Source of the DNA: Minisyncoccota bacterium
GTDB lineage: Bacteria; Patescibacteriota; Minisyncoccia; Phycocordibacterales; PALSA-1337
DNA: 36,923 nt
Direction of reading: 5' to 3'
NCBI GenBank assembly: GCA_036384775.1
Contig: DASVLR010000051.1
Span: 1-36,923 of the forward strand
Both the position numbers and the translations under genes were made by a program. The number at the start of each line of letters is the position of its first letter. The first letter of the stretch is position 1. Shown one piece after another: positions 8,385 through 17,451 of the stretch. The notes beneath the pieces were generated by a model. It saw only the letters and a program-made list of their open reading frames with translations. It ran no database searches and was not told where the DNA came from.

Positions 8385-9644
8385 ATGCTGGACATCAGAT
8401 TCATTCGTGATAACAAAGACATTGTCATTGCTGCGGCCAAGAAAAAGCACATCAATGTCGATATCGATGCACTGATAGCACTCGACGACAAGCGTCGCGC
8501 GCTTATGGCAGCCGCAGAAGCCAAGCGTGCAGAGCAGAATGCCGCTAATGCAAAGATCGCTTCCGCCCAGCCGGAAGAGCGCACAGCTCTTCTTGCGCAG
8601 ATGAAGCAGGTAAAGGCTGACTTTGAGTCTGCAGATGCCGAACTCAAAGAGCTCATGAAGTCATGGCAGGACATGATGTTGCGCGTCCCGAATGTGCCCG
8701 ACATGTCCGTTCCCGAGGGATCGACCGATGCGGAAAACCAGGAAGTCAAAGTTTGGGGTACCAAGCCGACCTTCTCATTCCAGCCGAAGGATCATGTCGA
8801 ACTCATGACCGCCCTCAATATGGTGGATTTCGAGCGCGGCGCGAAGGTCCACGGTTTCCGCGGCTACTTCCTCACCGGTGACGGAGCTCGTCTCGCAGTC
8901 GCTATTTGGAACTACGCCATGGAATTTTTCGGCTCTCGCAAATTCACGCCGGTCATTCCGCCGATCGTTGTTCGCAAAGTAAATCTTTACGGCACAGGCT
9001 ATCTTCCGGGCGGTGAAGAGGACCTCTATCAGACACAAGATGGTGATTTTCTCGCGGGTACAGCTGAAGTTCCGATCATGGGCATGCACGCCGACGAAGT
9101 CCTTGATAACGCCGCTCTGCCAAAGCGCTATCTCGGCTTCTCTCCGTGTTATCGCCGCGAAGCGGGCGCACACTCGAAGGATGTGAAGGGTCTCATCCGT
9201 GTGAACGAATTTTATAAATGGGAACAGGTCATCCTCTGTGAAGCCAGCCACGAGACTTCTGTCGCATTGCACAACGAAGTAAACCGCAACACCGAAGAGT
9301 TCATCGAGTCACTCGGCATCCCGTATCACACGGTTGTGAACTGCGGCGGCGATCTCGGTCTCGGTCAGGTCAAAAAGTACGACATCGAGCTCTGGGTTCC
9401 GAAGGAAGGCAAATACCGCGAGATATCATCGGCATCCTATTTCCATGATTTCCAGTGCCGTCGTCTCAACATCCGTTACAAGGACGCGGCGGGCAAGATG
9501 CAGTACTGTCACTCGCTTAACTCGACGGCCATTCCCACTCCGCGCATTCTCGTTTCACTGGTCGAAAATTTCCAACAGGCAGACGGTTCCATCAAAATCC
9601 CCGATGTTCTCGTGAAATATGTTGGCAAGGACACGATCAAGTAA
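8385..9644 (+). CDS. serS: Seryl-tRNA synthetase
   Basis: N-terminal coiled-coil (MLDIRFIRDN...) and class II motifs (FSPCYRREAGAHSKDVKGLIRVNEF, SLNSTA). Length is 419 aa. Confidence 0.95.
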   Translation: MLDIRFIRDNKDIVIAAAKKKHINVDIDALIALDDKRRALMAAAEAKRAEQNAANAKIASAQPEERTALLAQMKQVKADFESADAELKELMKSWQDMMLRVPNVPDMSVPEGSTDAENQEVKVWGTKPTFSFQPKDHVELMTALNMVDFERGAKVHGFRGYFLTGDGARLAVAIWNYAMEFFGSRKFTPVIPPIVVRKVNLYGTGYLPGGEEDLYQTQDGDFLAGTAEVPIMGMHADEVLDNAALPKRYLGFSPCYRREAGAHSKDVKGLIRVNEFYKWEQVILCEASHETSVALHNEVNRNTEEFIESLGIPYHTVVNCGGDLGLGQVKKYDIELWVPKEGKYREISSASYFHDFQCRRLNIRYKDAAGKMQYCHSLNSTAIPTPRILVSLVENFQQADGSIKIPDVLVKYVGKDTIK

Positions 9645-10605
9645 GCAGCGCGCCGCCCGTCTCGGCCTTGCGCCGCGTTCTGGTGCGGCGGGCGGCACTT
9701 CCGGTACCCGACATTCGAATTCATTTGCACAGCGCAGGCGTCGTCGTGCAATTATAGGCATCGTTGCCACCATTGCGGCTTTCGCAGCATGGACCTTTTG
9801 TTTGTCCCGCATTTCATTCCTCGAATCATTACAGATCAACGCTGTCGACGCGTACGGCGACGAGATGCTGGCAACGCCGATGCGTCTTGCGACCATGAAC
9901 GCCCTTGATGGGGCATACATAGGCCTGTTTTCGCGCGCAAATGCATTTCTGTATTCAAAATCGGCGGTAATAAAGGCGGTTGCCTCAACCTCGCCTCGCA
10001 TCAACAGTGTCGCAGTGGCTCGTACGGGCCTGCGAACACTCTCGGTTACCGTCTCGGAGAAGGCTCCCGAGGCGGTTATCTGCGCCGATCTGCCGGACGT
10101 AACCGACTCGGATATTCCAATGGGGAAGAATTGTTATCTTGCCGATGCGGATGCGTATTTGTATAAGACCGTCGATGATCCCGACGCGGCCAATTATATG
10201 CGCTACTATCTCCCTGAACTGACTGCCGCAAATGCGCTCGGTACGCAGGCGACAACGACCACGCAGTTCAAACGTCTGGGAGCGCTGGTCGCCTCTATTG
10301 AAAAGGCGGGGATTCATGTTCATGCCATGCTTGTACAGCGAGGTGGTATCTATGAACTCTATGCCGACAACCCTGACGGCAATTCAATCGTAGTGATACA
10401 GATGAACGAGCGAGCCAATCTGGAAACCGAATATAACAATCTCGTGGCGTTCTGGAATCACATGGTCAGCGATGCCCACGCCGCCGGCAAAAAAATCGGC
10501 TGGAGCGAGATCAAAACTCAATTTCCGCCGAACGTATACTCTCGCGCAATAGACGTGAAGGAGGAGGAATCTCCGGAGGAAACAACAGAGCATCCCAATC
10601 AATAA
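9619..10605 (+). CDS. Membrane-anchored FtsQ/DivIB-like protein (tentative)
   Basis: Arg-rich N-terminus, a single TM segment, then a POTRA-like segment (INSVAVARTGLRTLSVTVSEKAPEAVI). It overlaps the end of serS by 26 nt and is followed by a cell-wall enzyme gene. Confidence 0.5.
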   Translation: MLARTRSSKQRAARLGLAPRSGAAGGTSGTRHSNSFAQRRRRRAIIGIVATIAAFAAWTFCLSRISFLESLQINAVDAYGDEMLATPMRLATMNALDGAYIGLFSRANAFLYSKSAVIKAVASTSPRINSVAVARTGLRTLSVTVSEKAPEAVICADLPDVTDSDIPMGKNCYLADADAYLYKTVDDPDAANYMRYYLPELTAANALGTQATTTTQFKRLGALVASIEKAGIHVHAMLVQRGGIYELYADNPDGNSIVVIQMNERANLETEYNNLVAFWNHMVSDAHAAGKKIGWSEIKTQFPPNVYSRAIDVKEEESPEETTEHPNQ

Positions 10606-11576
10606 TGAAGCAATTTTCCATCGTTGTATTTGGCGGGCTCGCCGTAGTCGTGGTGGGAATCGCCGTTTCATGGAGCGCCGGATGGGTGTGGCAGCATGTG
10701 CCGCATCCGTCGTTTGCGTCGTTGGCACTCACGCGGCCGGCACTGGTCCGTACAACGAGTAATGCCGCTACGAGCGGCAGCGTATTTTCACGCAAAATAA
10801 CGTATACCGCCGATGAAGAAGAGGACCTGGTGAACTCAGCCGTCTCATCACTGAGGGATACATCCGGTCGCATTACTGCGTCAGCATACATCGTCAAAGA
10901 TCTGACGACGGGGCAGACATGGACCGAGTACGATTCAGAACGCCTCAAGCCGATTGCATCACTTACGAAACTGGTAACTGCCGAGGTCGCGCGCCGCACT
11001 ATACCGAAGGACGCAGTAATTACGTTGACACCAGCTATTACCAATACATTCGGCAATACGGCAGGTTTTATTCCGGGAGAAACATTTACCGCGGATCAAC
11101 TGATGTATCCGTTGCTCATGGTCTCTTCAAATGACGCAGCCGAGGCGCTCGCGCGCAGGCTCGGCCGCACAAAATTCCTGAAGGAGATGAACAATTTCAT
11201 GCAGCAGATCGGCGCATATCGTACGTATTTTGACGACCCGTCAGGTTTGTCTCCGCTCAATGTTTCTACTGCGTCAGACATGGTGACTATTCTCGAATGG
11301 CTGCGCAAAAATGATCCGGAGGTGCTGAATCTGACCCTCACTCGCACGAAAACAATCCGCAGTCACACGTGGATAAATCCGACACACTTTTTGTCATGGT
11401 CATATTATCTCGGAGGCAAGAACGGTTTCACTGACGAGGCAAAAAAGACCGGTGCGGTTCTCCTCGAGCTCGGACCTGTCCAGCCGAACGGCAAAAAGGA
11501 CGTATATGCGATCGTCGTTCTCGGATCCGATAATCGCGATGAAGACGTGATTCGTTTGATAAATAAAGTTAAATAA
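10605..11576 (+). CDS. Serine-type D-Ala-D-Ala carboxypeptidase (PBP5/S11-like)
   Basis: SxxK (ASLTK), SxN (SSND) and K(T/N)G (GKNGFT) motifs at the appropriate spacing, with an N-terminal TM or signal segment. Confidence 0.85.
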   Translation: MKQFSIVVFGGLAVVVVGIAVSWSAGWVWQHVPHPSFASLALTRPALVRTTSNAATSGSVFSRKITYTADEEEDLVNSAVSSLRDTSGRITASAYIVKDLTTGQTWTEYDSERLKPIASLTKLVTAEVARRTIPKDAVITLTPAITNTFGNTAGFIPGETFTADQLMYPLLMVSSNDAAEALARRLGRTKFLKEMNNFMQQIGAYRTYFDDPSGLSPLNVSTASDMVTILEWLRKNDPEVLNLTLTRTKTIRSHTWINPTHFLSWSYYLGGKNGFTDEAKKTGAVLLELGPVQPNGKKDVYAIVVLGSDNRDEDVIRLINKVK

Positions 11577-11590
11577 TATAAAGTCAATGC

Positions 11591-12658
11591 ATGTCAATTC
11601 GGCCGGATAAGCCTGTACGGGCAGCAAAACCTCACTTCTGGCAAGAACTCAAAGCGGCCAACAAGCCGATTTTCGTTATGGCGCCGATGGCCAATGTCAC
11701 CGACAGCGTCTTCCGCAAACTCTTTGCGAAGTTCGGCGCTCCCGATGTGACATGGACCGAATTCGTCTCGTCTGACGGTCTCATCTCGCCCGGTCGCGAA
11801 GTTCTCATGCTCGACCTGGTCTATTCTCGCAAGGAGCGCCCGATCGTCGCACAACTTTTTACCGGCCATCCGGAGGCGATGCGCAAAGCATCGAAGCTTG
11901 CAGCCGAACTTGGTTTCGATGGTATCGATATCAATATGGGTTGTCCTGATCGTGCTGTTGAAAAACAGGGCGGAGGCTCGGCTCTTATCAGGACACCGAA
12001 GGTTGCCGTCGCTATTCTCGAAGCAGCTCGTGCAGGTGTTCGGGATGCGGTCGATGCGGGGGCCATCAAGCAGCCGATTCCTGTCTCAGTTAAAACCCGT
12101 CTGGGTTACAACAAAGTAGAAATGGAATGGTTGCGCACGATGCTCGAACAGAAGCCACCGACACTGACAGTTCATCTTCGCACTCGCAAGGAGATGTCGC
12201 TTGTAGACGCTCACTGGGATCTCATGCCCGAAATCGTAAAACTTCGAAATGAAGTATCGCCGGAAACAGTGCTTCTCGGTAATGGTGATGTGCAGTCAAT
12301 CGCAGATGGTGCGGCCAAGATCAAGAAATACGGATGTGATGGGGTCATGATCGGTCGCGGTATTTTTGGTAAGCCGTGGTTGTTCGAAAACATCCATGCA
12401 CAGGGCGGTCCGAAGGAGGCTCGCGAGCGCACGCCTGAGGAGCGTCTCAAAACAATGGTTGAACACTCAAAAATGTTCGAGAAGGCTTTCAAGGGCGTTA
12501 AGAGTTTCGCTATCATGCGTAAACACTTTAAGGCGTATGTGAACGGCTGGCCCGGCGCGGCTGAGTTACGCGCCGAACTCATGCTCGCCGAGGACGCCAA
12601 GGCTGTGGCACTGACTGTGAAGAAGTGGCTTGTTGAATACAAAAAGACTCAGGCGTAA
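11591..12658 (+). CDS. dus: tRNA-dihydrouridine synthase
   Basis: Dus family motifs (MAPMANVTDSVFR, FDGIDINMGCP, TVHLRTR). Confidence 0.9.
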   Translation: MSIRPDKPVRAAKPHFWQELKAANKPIFVMAPMANVTDSVFRKLFAKFGAPDVTWTEFVSSDGLISPGREVLMLDLVYSRKERPIVAQLFTGHPEAMRKASKLAAELGFDGIDINMGCPDRAVEKQGGGSALIRTPKVAVAILEAARAGVRDAVDAGAIKQPIPVSVKTRLGYNKVEMEWLRTMLEQKPPTLTVHLRTRKEMSLVDAHWDLMPEIVKLRNEVSPETVLLGNGDVQSIADGAAKIKKYGCDGVMIGRGIFGKPWLFENIHAQGGPKEARERTPEERLKTMVEHSKMFEKAFKGVKSFAIMRKHFKAYVNGWPGAAELRAELMLAEDAKAVALTVKKWLVEYKKTQA

Positions 12659-12670
12659 ACTATAGACATA

Positions 12671-12803
12671 GTCAGGCCCTTTCAAGGACTCAACGGGGAG
12701 TGCTCTCAACAGATGTTTCTGCAGAACCATTTGTTGCATCATGACGCGGCAGTCTGGGTATGTGTATCGGCACGGCCGATAGTAACTAAAGGGAATTACT
12801 GAC
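12671..12803 (+). ncRNA. Candidate structured RNA domain or long structured 3'UTR of dus (unassigned)
   Basis: Long-range complementarity pairs gtcag (12671-75) with ctgac (12799-12803), and cccttt (12677-82) with aaaggg (12788-93). These helices enclose about 105 nt containing local hairpins. An intrinsic terminator follows directly. Confidence 0.3.
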
Positions 12804-12804
12804 G

Positions 12805-12841
12805 GGGCGCGCTGGAATCACCTAACGGCGCGCCTTTTTTC
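12805..12841 (+). terminator. Rho-independent terminator
   Basis: Stem ggcgcgc / gcgcgcc with a 15-nt loop, followed by T6. Confidence 0.8.
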
Positions 12842-12845
12842 GTGG

Positions 12846-12874
12846 TTGCAAAATTGGGGACGGGCTGCTATACC
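12846..12874 (+). promoter_or_regulatory. Sigma-70-type promoter with no CDS downstream
   Basis: TTGCAA (12846-51), a 17-nt spacer, then TGcTATACC (hexamer 12869-74). Confidence 0.65.
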
Positions 12875-12880
12875 TTACGT

Positions 12881-13285
12881 CATAGCGGCACCTTCCCAGC
12901 CGAGAGAATTCAGAGGATTTGCTTTCGTACAAGGAGAGCCGCACTCGTAGCTAGCTCCAACTCCAATCCTCATAACGTCTAAGCTATACGGTTAGTGGTC
13001 GAACACAGATAACCGTAGTAGAAACTTGTTGCCTCGCGCCTTCGCCTGGTGTCCAACCTGTTTCAGCTGTACGCAGCACTGCGTATTCTTGGTAGATCCT
13101 TGGCCCCTTGGCCACGACGTCGAAAGACGGATCTCATCGAGTGACGTTCCCGAGACACGACGGGGAAAGACATGGTGGTATATCGTGACCGCTCTCTATG
13201 ACATAGGCTCACGACCTCTCGCCCGTACAGGGCGGTCACGATCCACTGGCGCAGATGTATCTCAAACATCCTGCGCCCTTTTTTA
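12881..13285 (+). ncRNA. Candidate ~400-nt structured non-coding RNA of unassigned family
   Basis: The unit is bounded by the promoter above and a strong terminator. It contains several perfect helices: 12913-19/12965-71, 12987-94/13010-17, 13094-99/13129-34 enclosing GGCC-CCUU-GGCC and CGUC-GAAA-GACG hairpins, and an 11-bp helix 13182-92/13232-42. No credible ORF is present. Confidence 0.45.
13248..13285 (+). terminator. Rho-independent terminator
   Basis: Stem gggcgcag / ctgcgccc followed by T6. Confidence 0.8.
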
Positions 13286-13322
13286 TTCATGATATTCCGT
13301 ATATACTTCCTTCATCAAACCC

Positions 13323-14342
13323 ATGGCCGTCCTCTATCGCACATACCGCCCGCAGAAATGGACCGAAGTTGTCGGTCAGGAACATATTGTCGACGCACTC
13401 AAAGACGCTATTGCTAACAAGCGCATTGCGCATGCATATCTCTTTTCTGGTTCGCGCGGAACAGGTAAGACCACCTGTGCCCGCATTCTCGCCAAAGAAG
13501 TCGGTACAGCCCCGGATGATATCTACGAAATAGACGCAGCTTCAAATCGTGGTATCGATAACATCCGCGAGCTTCGCGAGGCGGTTGCCGTCATGCCGTT
13601 CATGTCCCCGTACAAGGTCTATATCATCGATGAAGTGCATATGCTCTCGAAGGATGCATGGAATGCACTTCTCAAAACACTTGAAGAGCCGCCAAAGCAC
13701 GTCATCTTTATTCTTGCGACAACTGAGCTTGATAAGGTCCCCGAAACCATCATTTCGCGCTGTCAGACCTTCACATTCAGGAAACCGACTCGTGAGGTCG
13801 TACGAAAGCAGATTGCCAAGGTCGCCAAAGAAGAAAAAGCTGATCTTGATGCCGGCGCAGCGGATCTCATTGCCATTCTCGGTGATGGATCATTCCGTGA
13901 TGCCCTCGGAATGCTCGAAAAAGTTCTTGCCGCTTCATCCGATAAGAAAATTACCAGGGAAGAAGTCGAACGTATCACCGGTGCTCCGAAAGCAGAGCTT
14001 GTTAATTCGTTTATCGAGTCGCTCATCGCCAAGAAGGCGGATACCGCCCTCAGGGCGGTTGCAGATGCCGAGAATCTCGGCGTTTCGATGACTACGTTTA
14101 CGACGCTCATTCTCGAGAAAATGCGTTTCATTATGCTCGTGCAGCACTCGAAGTCGGCCGAAGGCTCGGTGAAAGAGCGCGTCTCACCTGATGATTGGAC
14201 GTTTATCGAGTCTCAGGCCAAGAAGGGCGGTCTTACGCCGGGTATGTTGCTTGTTATGCTTGATGCCGTTGAAGGCGTTGGCAGGGCACGGATCGAACAG
14301 TTGCCATTGGAACTCGCGGTTGTAAAAATGTGTACTCAGTAA
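13323..14342 (+). CDS. dnaX: DNA polymerase III subunit gamma/tau (short form)
   Basis: YRPQKWTEVVGQEHI, Walker A GSRGTGKTT, IIDEVHMLS and the SRC motif (ISRCQ). At 339 aa it lacks tau-specific C-terminal domains. Confidence 0.9.
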   Translation: MAVLYRTYRPQKWTEVVGQEHIVDALKDAIANKRIAHAYLFSGSRGTGKTTCARILAKEVGTAPDDIYEIDAASNRGIDNIRELREAVAVMPFMSPYKVYIIDEVHMLSKDAWNALLKTLEEPPKHVIFILATTELDKVPETIISRCQTFTFRKPTREVVRKQIAKVAKEEKADLDAGAADLIAILGDGSFRDALGMLEKVLAASSDKKITREEVERITGAPKAELVNSFIESLIAKKADTALRAVADAENLGVSMTTFTTLILEKMRFIMLVQHSKSAEGSVKERVSPDDWTFIESQAKKGGLTPGMLLVMLDAVEGVGRARIEQLPLELAVVKMCTQ

Positions 14343-14351
14343 TTTCATCCC

Positions 14352-14930
14352 GTGAAAGAAACAATTGCCATCATTGCAGCCGTATTGGCCTTCGTAGGTA
14401 ATATTTCCTATCTCACTCACGTACTCAAAGGCAGAGTGCATCCGCATCCGTATACGTGGTTTATCTGGTCAATTGTGTCGATGACGACCTTTTTTGGCGG
14501 CTTGGCAAAAGGTGCGGGAATCGGAGCGCTGCCAACCGGCATTTCAGAAGGTTTTACACTCATCATCTTTTTGTTTTCTCTCAAATACCTGTTTCAGGGC
14601 AAGGCCGGCCATATCCGTGTGATCGACAATTATTTTCTTGGCGCGTGTCTGGTCGGCCTTATTCCGTGGGTAATGACCCATGACCCGACTGTCTCTGTCG
14701 TGATCGTCGTATTCATCGATATCCTCGCATTCGTCCCGACACTGAGAAAAACGTGGCATCATCCGGGGACAGAGAAGGCTCTGTTATACGAGACAAACGT
14801 GGCGCGTCATGTACTTACATTGTTTTCGCTGCAGACGTATAATGTGGCAACAACCTTCCATTCGATCGCGATGATCTGCACCAATACGATCATGACCACG
14901 TTTATCAAGCGTAAGTTACATCGATCATGA
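14352..14930 (+). CDS. Hypothetical polytopic membrane protein
   Basis: GTG start and about 6 predicted hydrophobic helices. I recognised no family. It overlaps the tspO start by 4 nt (ATGA). Confidence 0.55.
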   Translation: MKETIAIIAAVLAFVGNISYLTHVLKGRVHPHPYTWFIWSIVSMTTFFGGLAKGAGIGALPTGISEGFTLIIFLFSLKYLFQGKAGHIRVIDNYFLGACLVGLIPWVMTHDPTVSVVIVVFIDILAFVPTLRKTWHHPGTEKALLYETNVARHVLTLFSLQTYNVATTFHSIAMICTNTIMTTFIKRKLHRS

Positions 14931-15334
14931 AAACATACGAATCATACCAGCACCTCAAGAGGCCGACCTGGGCTCCGCCGGCACGGTTGTTTGGTCCGGT
15001 CTGGACGGTGCTGTACATTCTCATCGCGATTTCATTCGGCTATGTTGGCTACGCATTTTTCAATGAACAGATTTCGTTCCTTATCGTCCTGCCGTTTATA
15101 CTGAACATCGTGTTCAATATTGCGTTTACACCGATTCAGTTCGGCCTCAAAAATAATCTTCTGGCGGCGGTCGATGTACTGCTTGTGCTCGGCACACTCA
15201 TCTGGGCGATCGCTGCCATCTATGGCTTTGCGCACTGGGTAACCTTCATTAATCTCCCGTATCTCCTGTGGGTATCATTTGCGACAGTTCTGCAACTTAC
15301 TGTCACGTTCATGAATAGAGGACAAGCAAAATAA
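14927..15334 (+). CDS. tspO: TspO/MBR family tryptophan-rich sensory protein
   Basis: PTWAPPARLFGPVWTVLYILIAIS and Trp-rich TM helices typical of TspO. Confidence 0.85.
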   Translation: MKTYESYQHLKRPTWAPPARLFGPVWTVLYILIAISFGYVGYAFFNEQISFLIVLPFILNIVFNIAFTPIQFGLKNNLLAAVDVLLVLGTLIWAIAAIYGFAHWVTFINLPYLLWVSFATVLQLTVTFMNRGQAK

Positions 15335-15367
15335 TCGTATTTTGTGATACTGTAGGTGCGTACGAAT

Positions 15368-15438
15368 TGCGGGATCGTCTAATGGTAGGACACGAGCCTT
15401 TGAAGCTTGTTATCTTGGTTCGAATCCAAGTCCCGCAG
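15368..15438 (+). tRNA. tRNA-Gln (anticodon UUG), no encoded CCA
   Basis: Hand-folded cloverleaf: TGCGGGA-TC-GTCT-AATGGTA-GGAC-A-CGAGC-CTTTGAA-GCTTG-TTAT-CTTGG-TTCGAAT-CCAAG-TCCCGCA-G. TGtGATACT at 15343-51 is a plausible promoter. Confidence 0.9.
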
Positions 15439-15442
15439 CACT

Positions 15443-16216
15443 ATGAATTCCAAAAAATTTTCCAAGGAAATAGAGGTCGCAAAAAGTATCGCATTAGAGG
15501 CCGGTGTCATAATGCTTAAATATTTCGACGAAGATCAAAAGGTCGAAATCAAGGACGACAATTCCCAGGTGACCATAGCGGATAAGCTCATAAATTCTTT
15601 AGTGATACAGAAGCTATCTGTCGCATTTCCCGATGATGGGGTAATAGGAGAGGAAGAGAGCAATTCCGAGTATGGCAATGGGAGGAAATGGTTCTGCGAT
15701 CCGATTGACGGAACTGCCGGATATATATGGGGCACTCCGACGGCCATGTTCTCGCTCGGCCTTGTGATCGATGGCAAGCCTGTGATAGGTGTGACATACG
15801 ATCCCTTCCTAAAGAAGATGTATACCGGCGCGAAGGGCGAGAAGAGTCTTTGTAATGGCAAGCCCATATCCGTATCCAACCTGGACCTCAAGTCAGGGAT
15901 ATTCGCGATCTCCGGAAGCGCACGATCTTTGCCCACCCGGAAATACTTCCAGAGGATGATCGATGACGACATCCGCATGGCTACTTTTAGCGGCGCGGTT
16001 TACAAATACTGTTTGGTTGCTCGAGGGAAGTTTGTTGGATATGTCGAACACGGTGTTAATGCTCACGATACAGCAGCTTCCCAGGTTATTCTCGAAGGAG
16101 CAGGTGGTAGGATGACTTCTATTGATGGAAAAGAGTTAGATTATACAAGACCATTCAAGGGGGCGATTGCTTCAAATGGAGTCGCACATGACGATATTGT
16201 TAGGTATTGCTCGTAA
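15443..16216 (+). CDS. Inositol monophosphatase family protein (SuhB/IMPase-like)
   Basis: GEEE and [12 protein letters not shown] metal-binding motifs. I moved the start to the ATG at 15443 because the longer ORF overlaps tRNA-Gln. Confidence 0.85.
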   Translation: MNSKKFSKEIEVAKSIALEAGVIMLKYFDEDQKVEIKDDNSQVTIADKLINSLVIQKLSVAFPDDGVIGEEESNSEYGNGRKWFCDPIDGTAGYIWGTPTAMFSLGLVIDGKPVIGVTYDPFLKKMYTGAKGEKSLCNGKPISVSNLDLKSGIFAISGSARSLPTRKYFQRMIDDDIRMATFSGAVYKYCLVARGKFVGYVEHGVNAHDTAASQVILEGAGGRMTSIDGKELDYTRPFKGAIASNGVAHDDIVRYCS

Positions 16217-16227
16217 AAAGATTCCAG

Positions 16228-16587
16228 ATGCTCAAAGAAAATCTTTACGCAACGCCGTTCGCAAAAGTGTATCCGTATTACATTGCCAAGGCTGAAAAGA
16301 AAGGCCGTACCAAGCAGGAAGTCGACGAGATCATCCTCTGGCTGACCGGCTATACTCCGAAACAATTCGAGAAGCATCTGAAAAACCTGACATCGTTTGA
16401 AGATTTCTATGCGACACCAAAGATGAATCCGAAACGTGCACTGATCACTGGTGTAGTCTGCGGTGTTCGTGTTGAAGATATCAAAGACACAACGATGCGT
16501 GAGATCCGTTATCTGGATAAGCTCATCGATGAACTGGCAAAGGGTAAATCGATGGAGTATATCAAACGCGAAACAGAACATGCGTAA
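16228..16587 (+). CDS. DUF2200 family protein
   Basis: The translation matches my recollection of DUF2200 ([31 protein letters not shown] ... [15 protein letters not shown]). Confidence 0.7.
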   Translation: MLKENLYATPFAKVYPYYIAKAEKKGRTKQEVDEIILWLTGYTPKQFEKHLKNLTSFEDFYATPKMNPKRALITGVVCGVRVEDIKDTTMREIRYLDKLIDELAKGKSMEYIKRETEHA

Positions 16588-17446
16588 GCGAGCGGTCCCA
16601 ATAACTTTTCTGGTTGTCTATTCCATCATCTTGGTTATCGTGATGGTTTTCAAGGATGTGCCGATGATCCGTGTAGGACAGATCATGCTTAACTTTGGCG
16701 GAACAGAAGTAGGGGCGCACCCGGCTAATTTCATACCGTTTGCCACAATCATCCCGTACCTTGTCGGGGAAAAGGGGTTGCTCATCGGTGCAATCAATAT
16801 CATTGGTAATATTATTTTGCTCGTGCCGCTCGGTTTTCTAGCGATGTTCGTATGGCGCACAATGTCATGGAAGAAGGCCCTGCTGTGGGGTCTTGTGTCC
16901 GGTCTCACCATCGAGCTCCTTCAAACGATACTGCGACTGGGCATATTTGATATTGATGATGTGATACTGAATGCGTTGGGCTTCATGATCGGCTTTTGGG
17001 CGTTTATCCTCCTGGTGCGCTGGTTGGGAGAGAGAAAGTACGTTCACATACTTGGTACGGCAATCATAATCATCATTGCAGCGATAGGCAGTTTCTATGC
17101 GATCTTCCCACCGGGCCAGCATCCGACTGCACAGATCAACTCAGAAACAAACGCGCAGAGCATGCAGGATGATGATCCATGCGGAGGTACGGGAGGCGCG
17201 GGCAGGATCACGGCCACCAGCAGTTCTTCAGTGACTCTAGTACAGAAGAGAAACGAGAAAAAGCTAGTCGTCCATTTCTCAGACCGGACGACTGTGAAAA
17301 CGGCTGCCGGATTTGCATCGACGAGTGATTTGAGAATCGGACAAAGTGTCACCATTGTTGGAGATCCGACCTCAGAAGGTAACTTTGATGCAAACGAGAT
17401 CTTTGTATGCAATCCTGCAGGTACGGCTACATCAACCAGCAAATAA
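16580..17446 (+). CDS. VanZ-like membrane protein with a C-terminal soluble extension
   Basis: The ATG at 16580 overlaps the DUF2200 stop. TM helices carry the VanZ-type [14 protein letters not shown] motif. The C-terminal beta-rich tail is about 90 aa. Confidence 0.65.
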   Translation: MRKRAVPITFLVVYSIILVIVMVFKDVPMIRVGQIMLNFGGTEVGAHPANFIPFATIIPYLVGEKGLLIGAINIIGNIILLVPLGFLAMFVWRTMSWKKALLWGLVSGLTIELLQTILRLGIFDIDDVILNALGFMIGFWAFILLVRWLGERKYVHILGTAIIIIIAAIGSFYAIFPPGQHPTAQINSETNAQSMQDDDPCGGTGGAGRITATSSSSVTLVQKRNEKKLVVHFSDRTTVKTAAGFASTSDLRIGQSVTIVGDPTSEGNFDANEIFVCNPAGTATSTSK

Positions 17447-17451
17447 CCCCC

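Noticed and set aside
9605-9620. parS-like sequence TGTTCTCGTGAAATAT near the end of serS.
   Set aside because: It is one base short of the 16-bp palindrome and has several mismatches to TGTTNCACGTGAAACA. It is not palindromic.
12855-13285. Possible tmRNA (the sequence starts GGGGACGGGC, and there is a candidate tag-like frame ending in TAA at 12977-79), SRP RNA (dnaX synteny) or RNase P RNA.
   Set aside because: For tmRNA, there is no tRNA-like 3' end (GGUUCGA T-loop, complementary acceptor strand or CCA), and the GGGG lies inside the promoter spacer. For SRP, there is no GGAA tetraloop with a flanking AGCA symmetric-loop motif. For RNase P, there are no GGAAAGUCC / ACAGAA P4 strands on either strand. 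The identity is left open pending a covariance-model search.
13026-13292. 88-aa ORF with a Cys-rich N-terminus (CPTCFSCTQHC) in the non-coding gap upstream of dnaX.
   Set aside because: It has a TTG start with no promoter or RBS context. It reads through several strong RNA helices and through the intrinsic terminator at 13248-13285. The region is better explained as structured RNA.
13323-14342. Possible programmed frameshift in dnaX (gamma/tau), given the 180-aa alternative-frame ORF at 13549-14091.
   Set aside because: I saw no A-AAA-AAG-type slippery heptamer with a downstream hairpin. The protein simply ends after domain III, and the alternate frame translates to low-complexity Ser/Arg-rich sequence.
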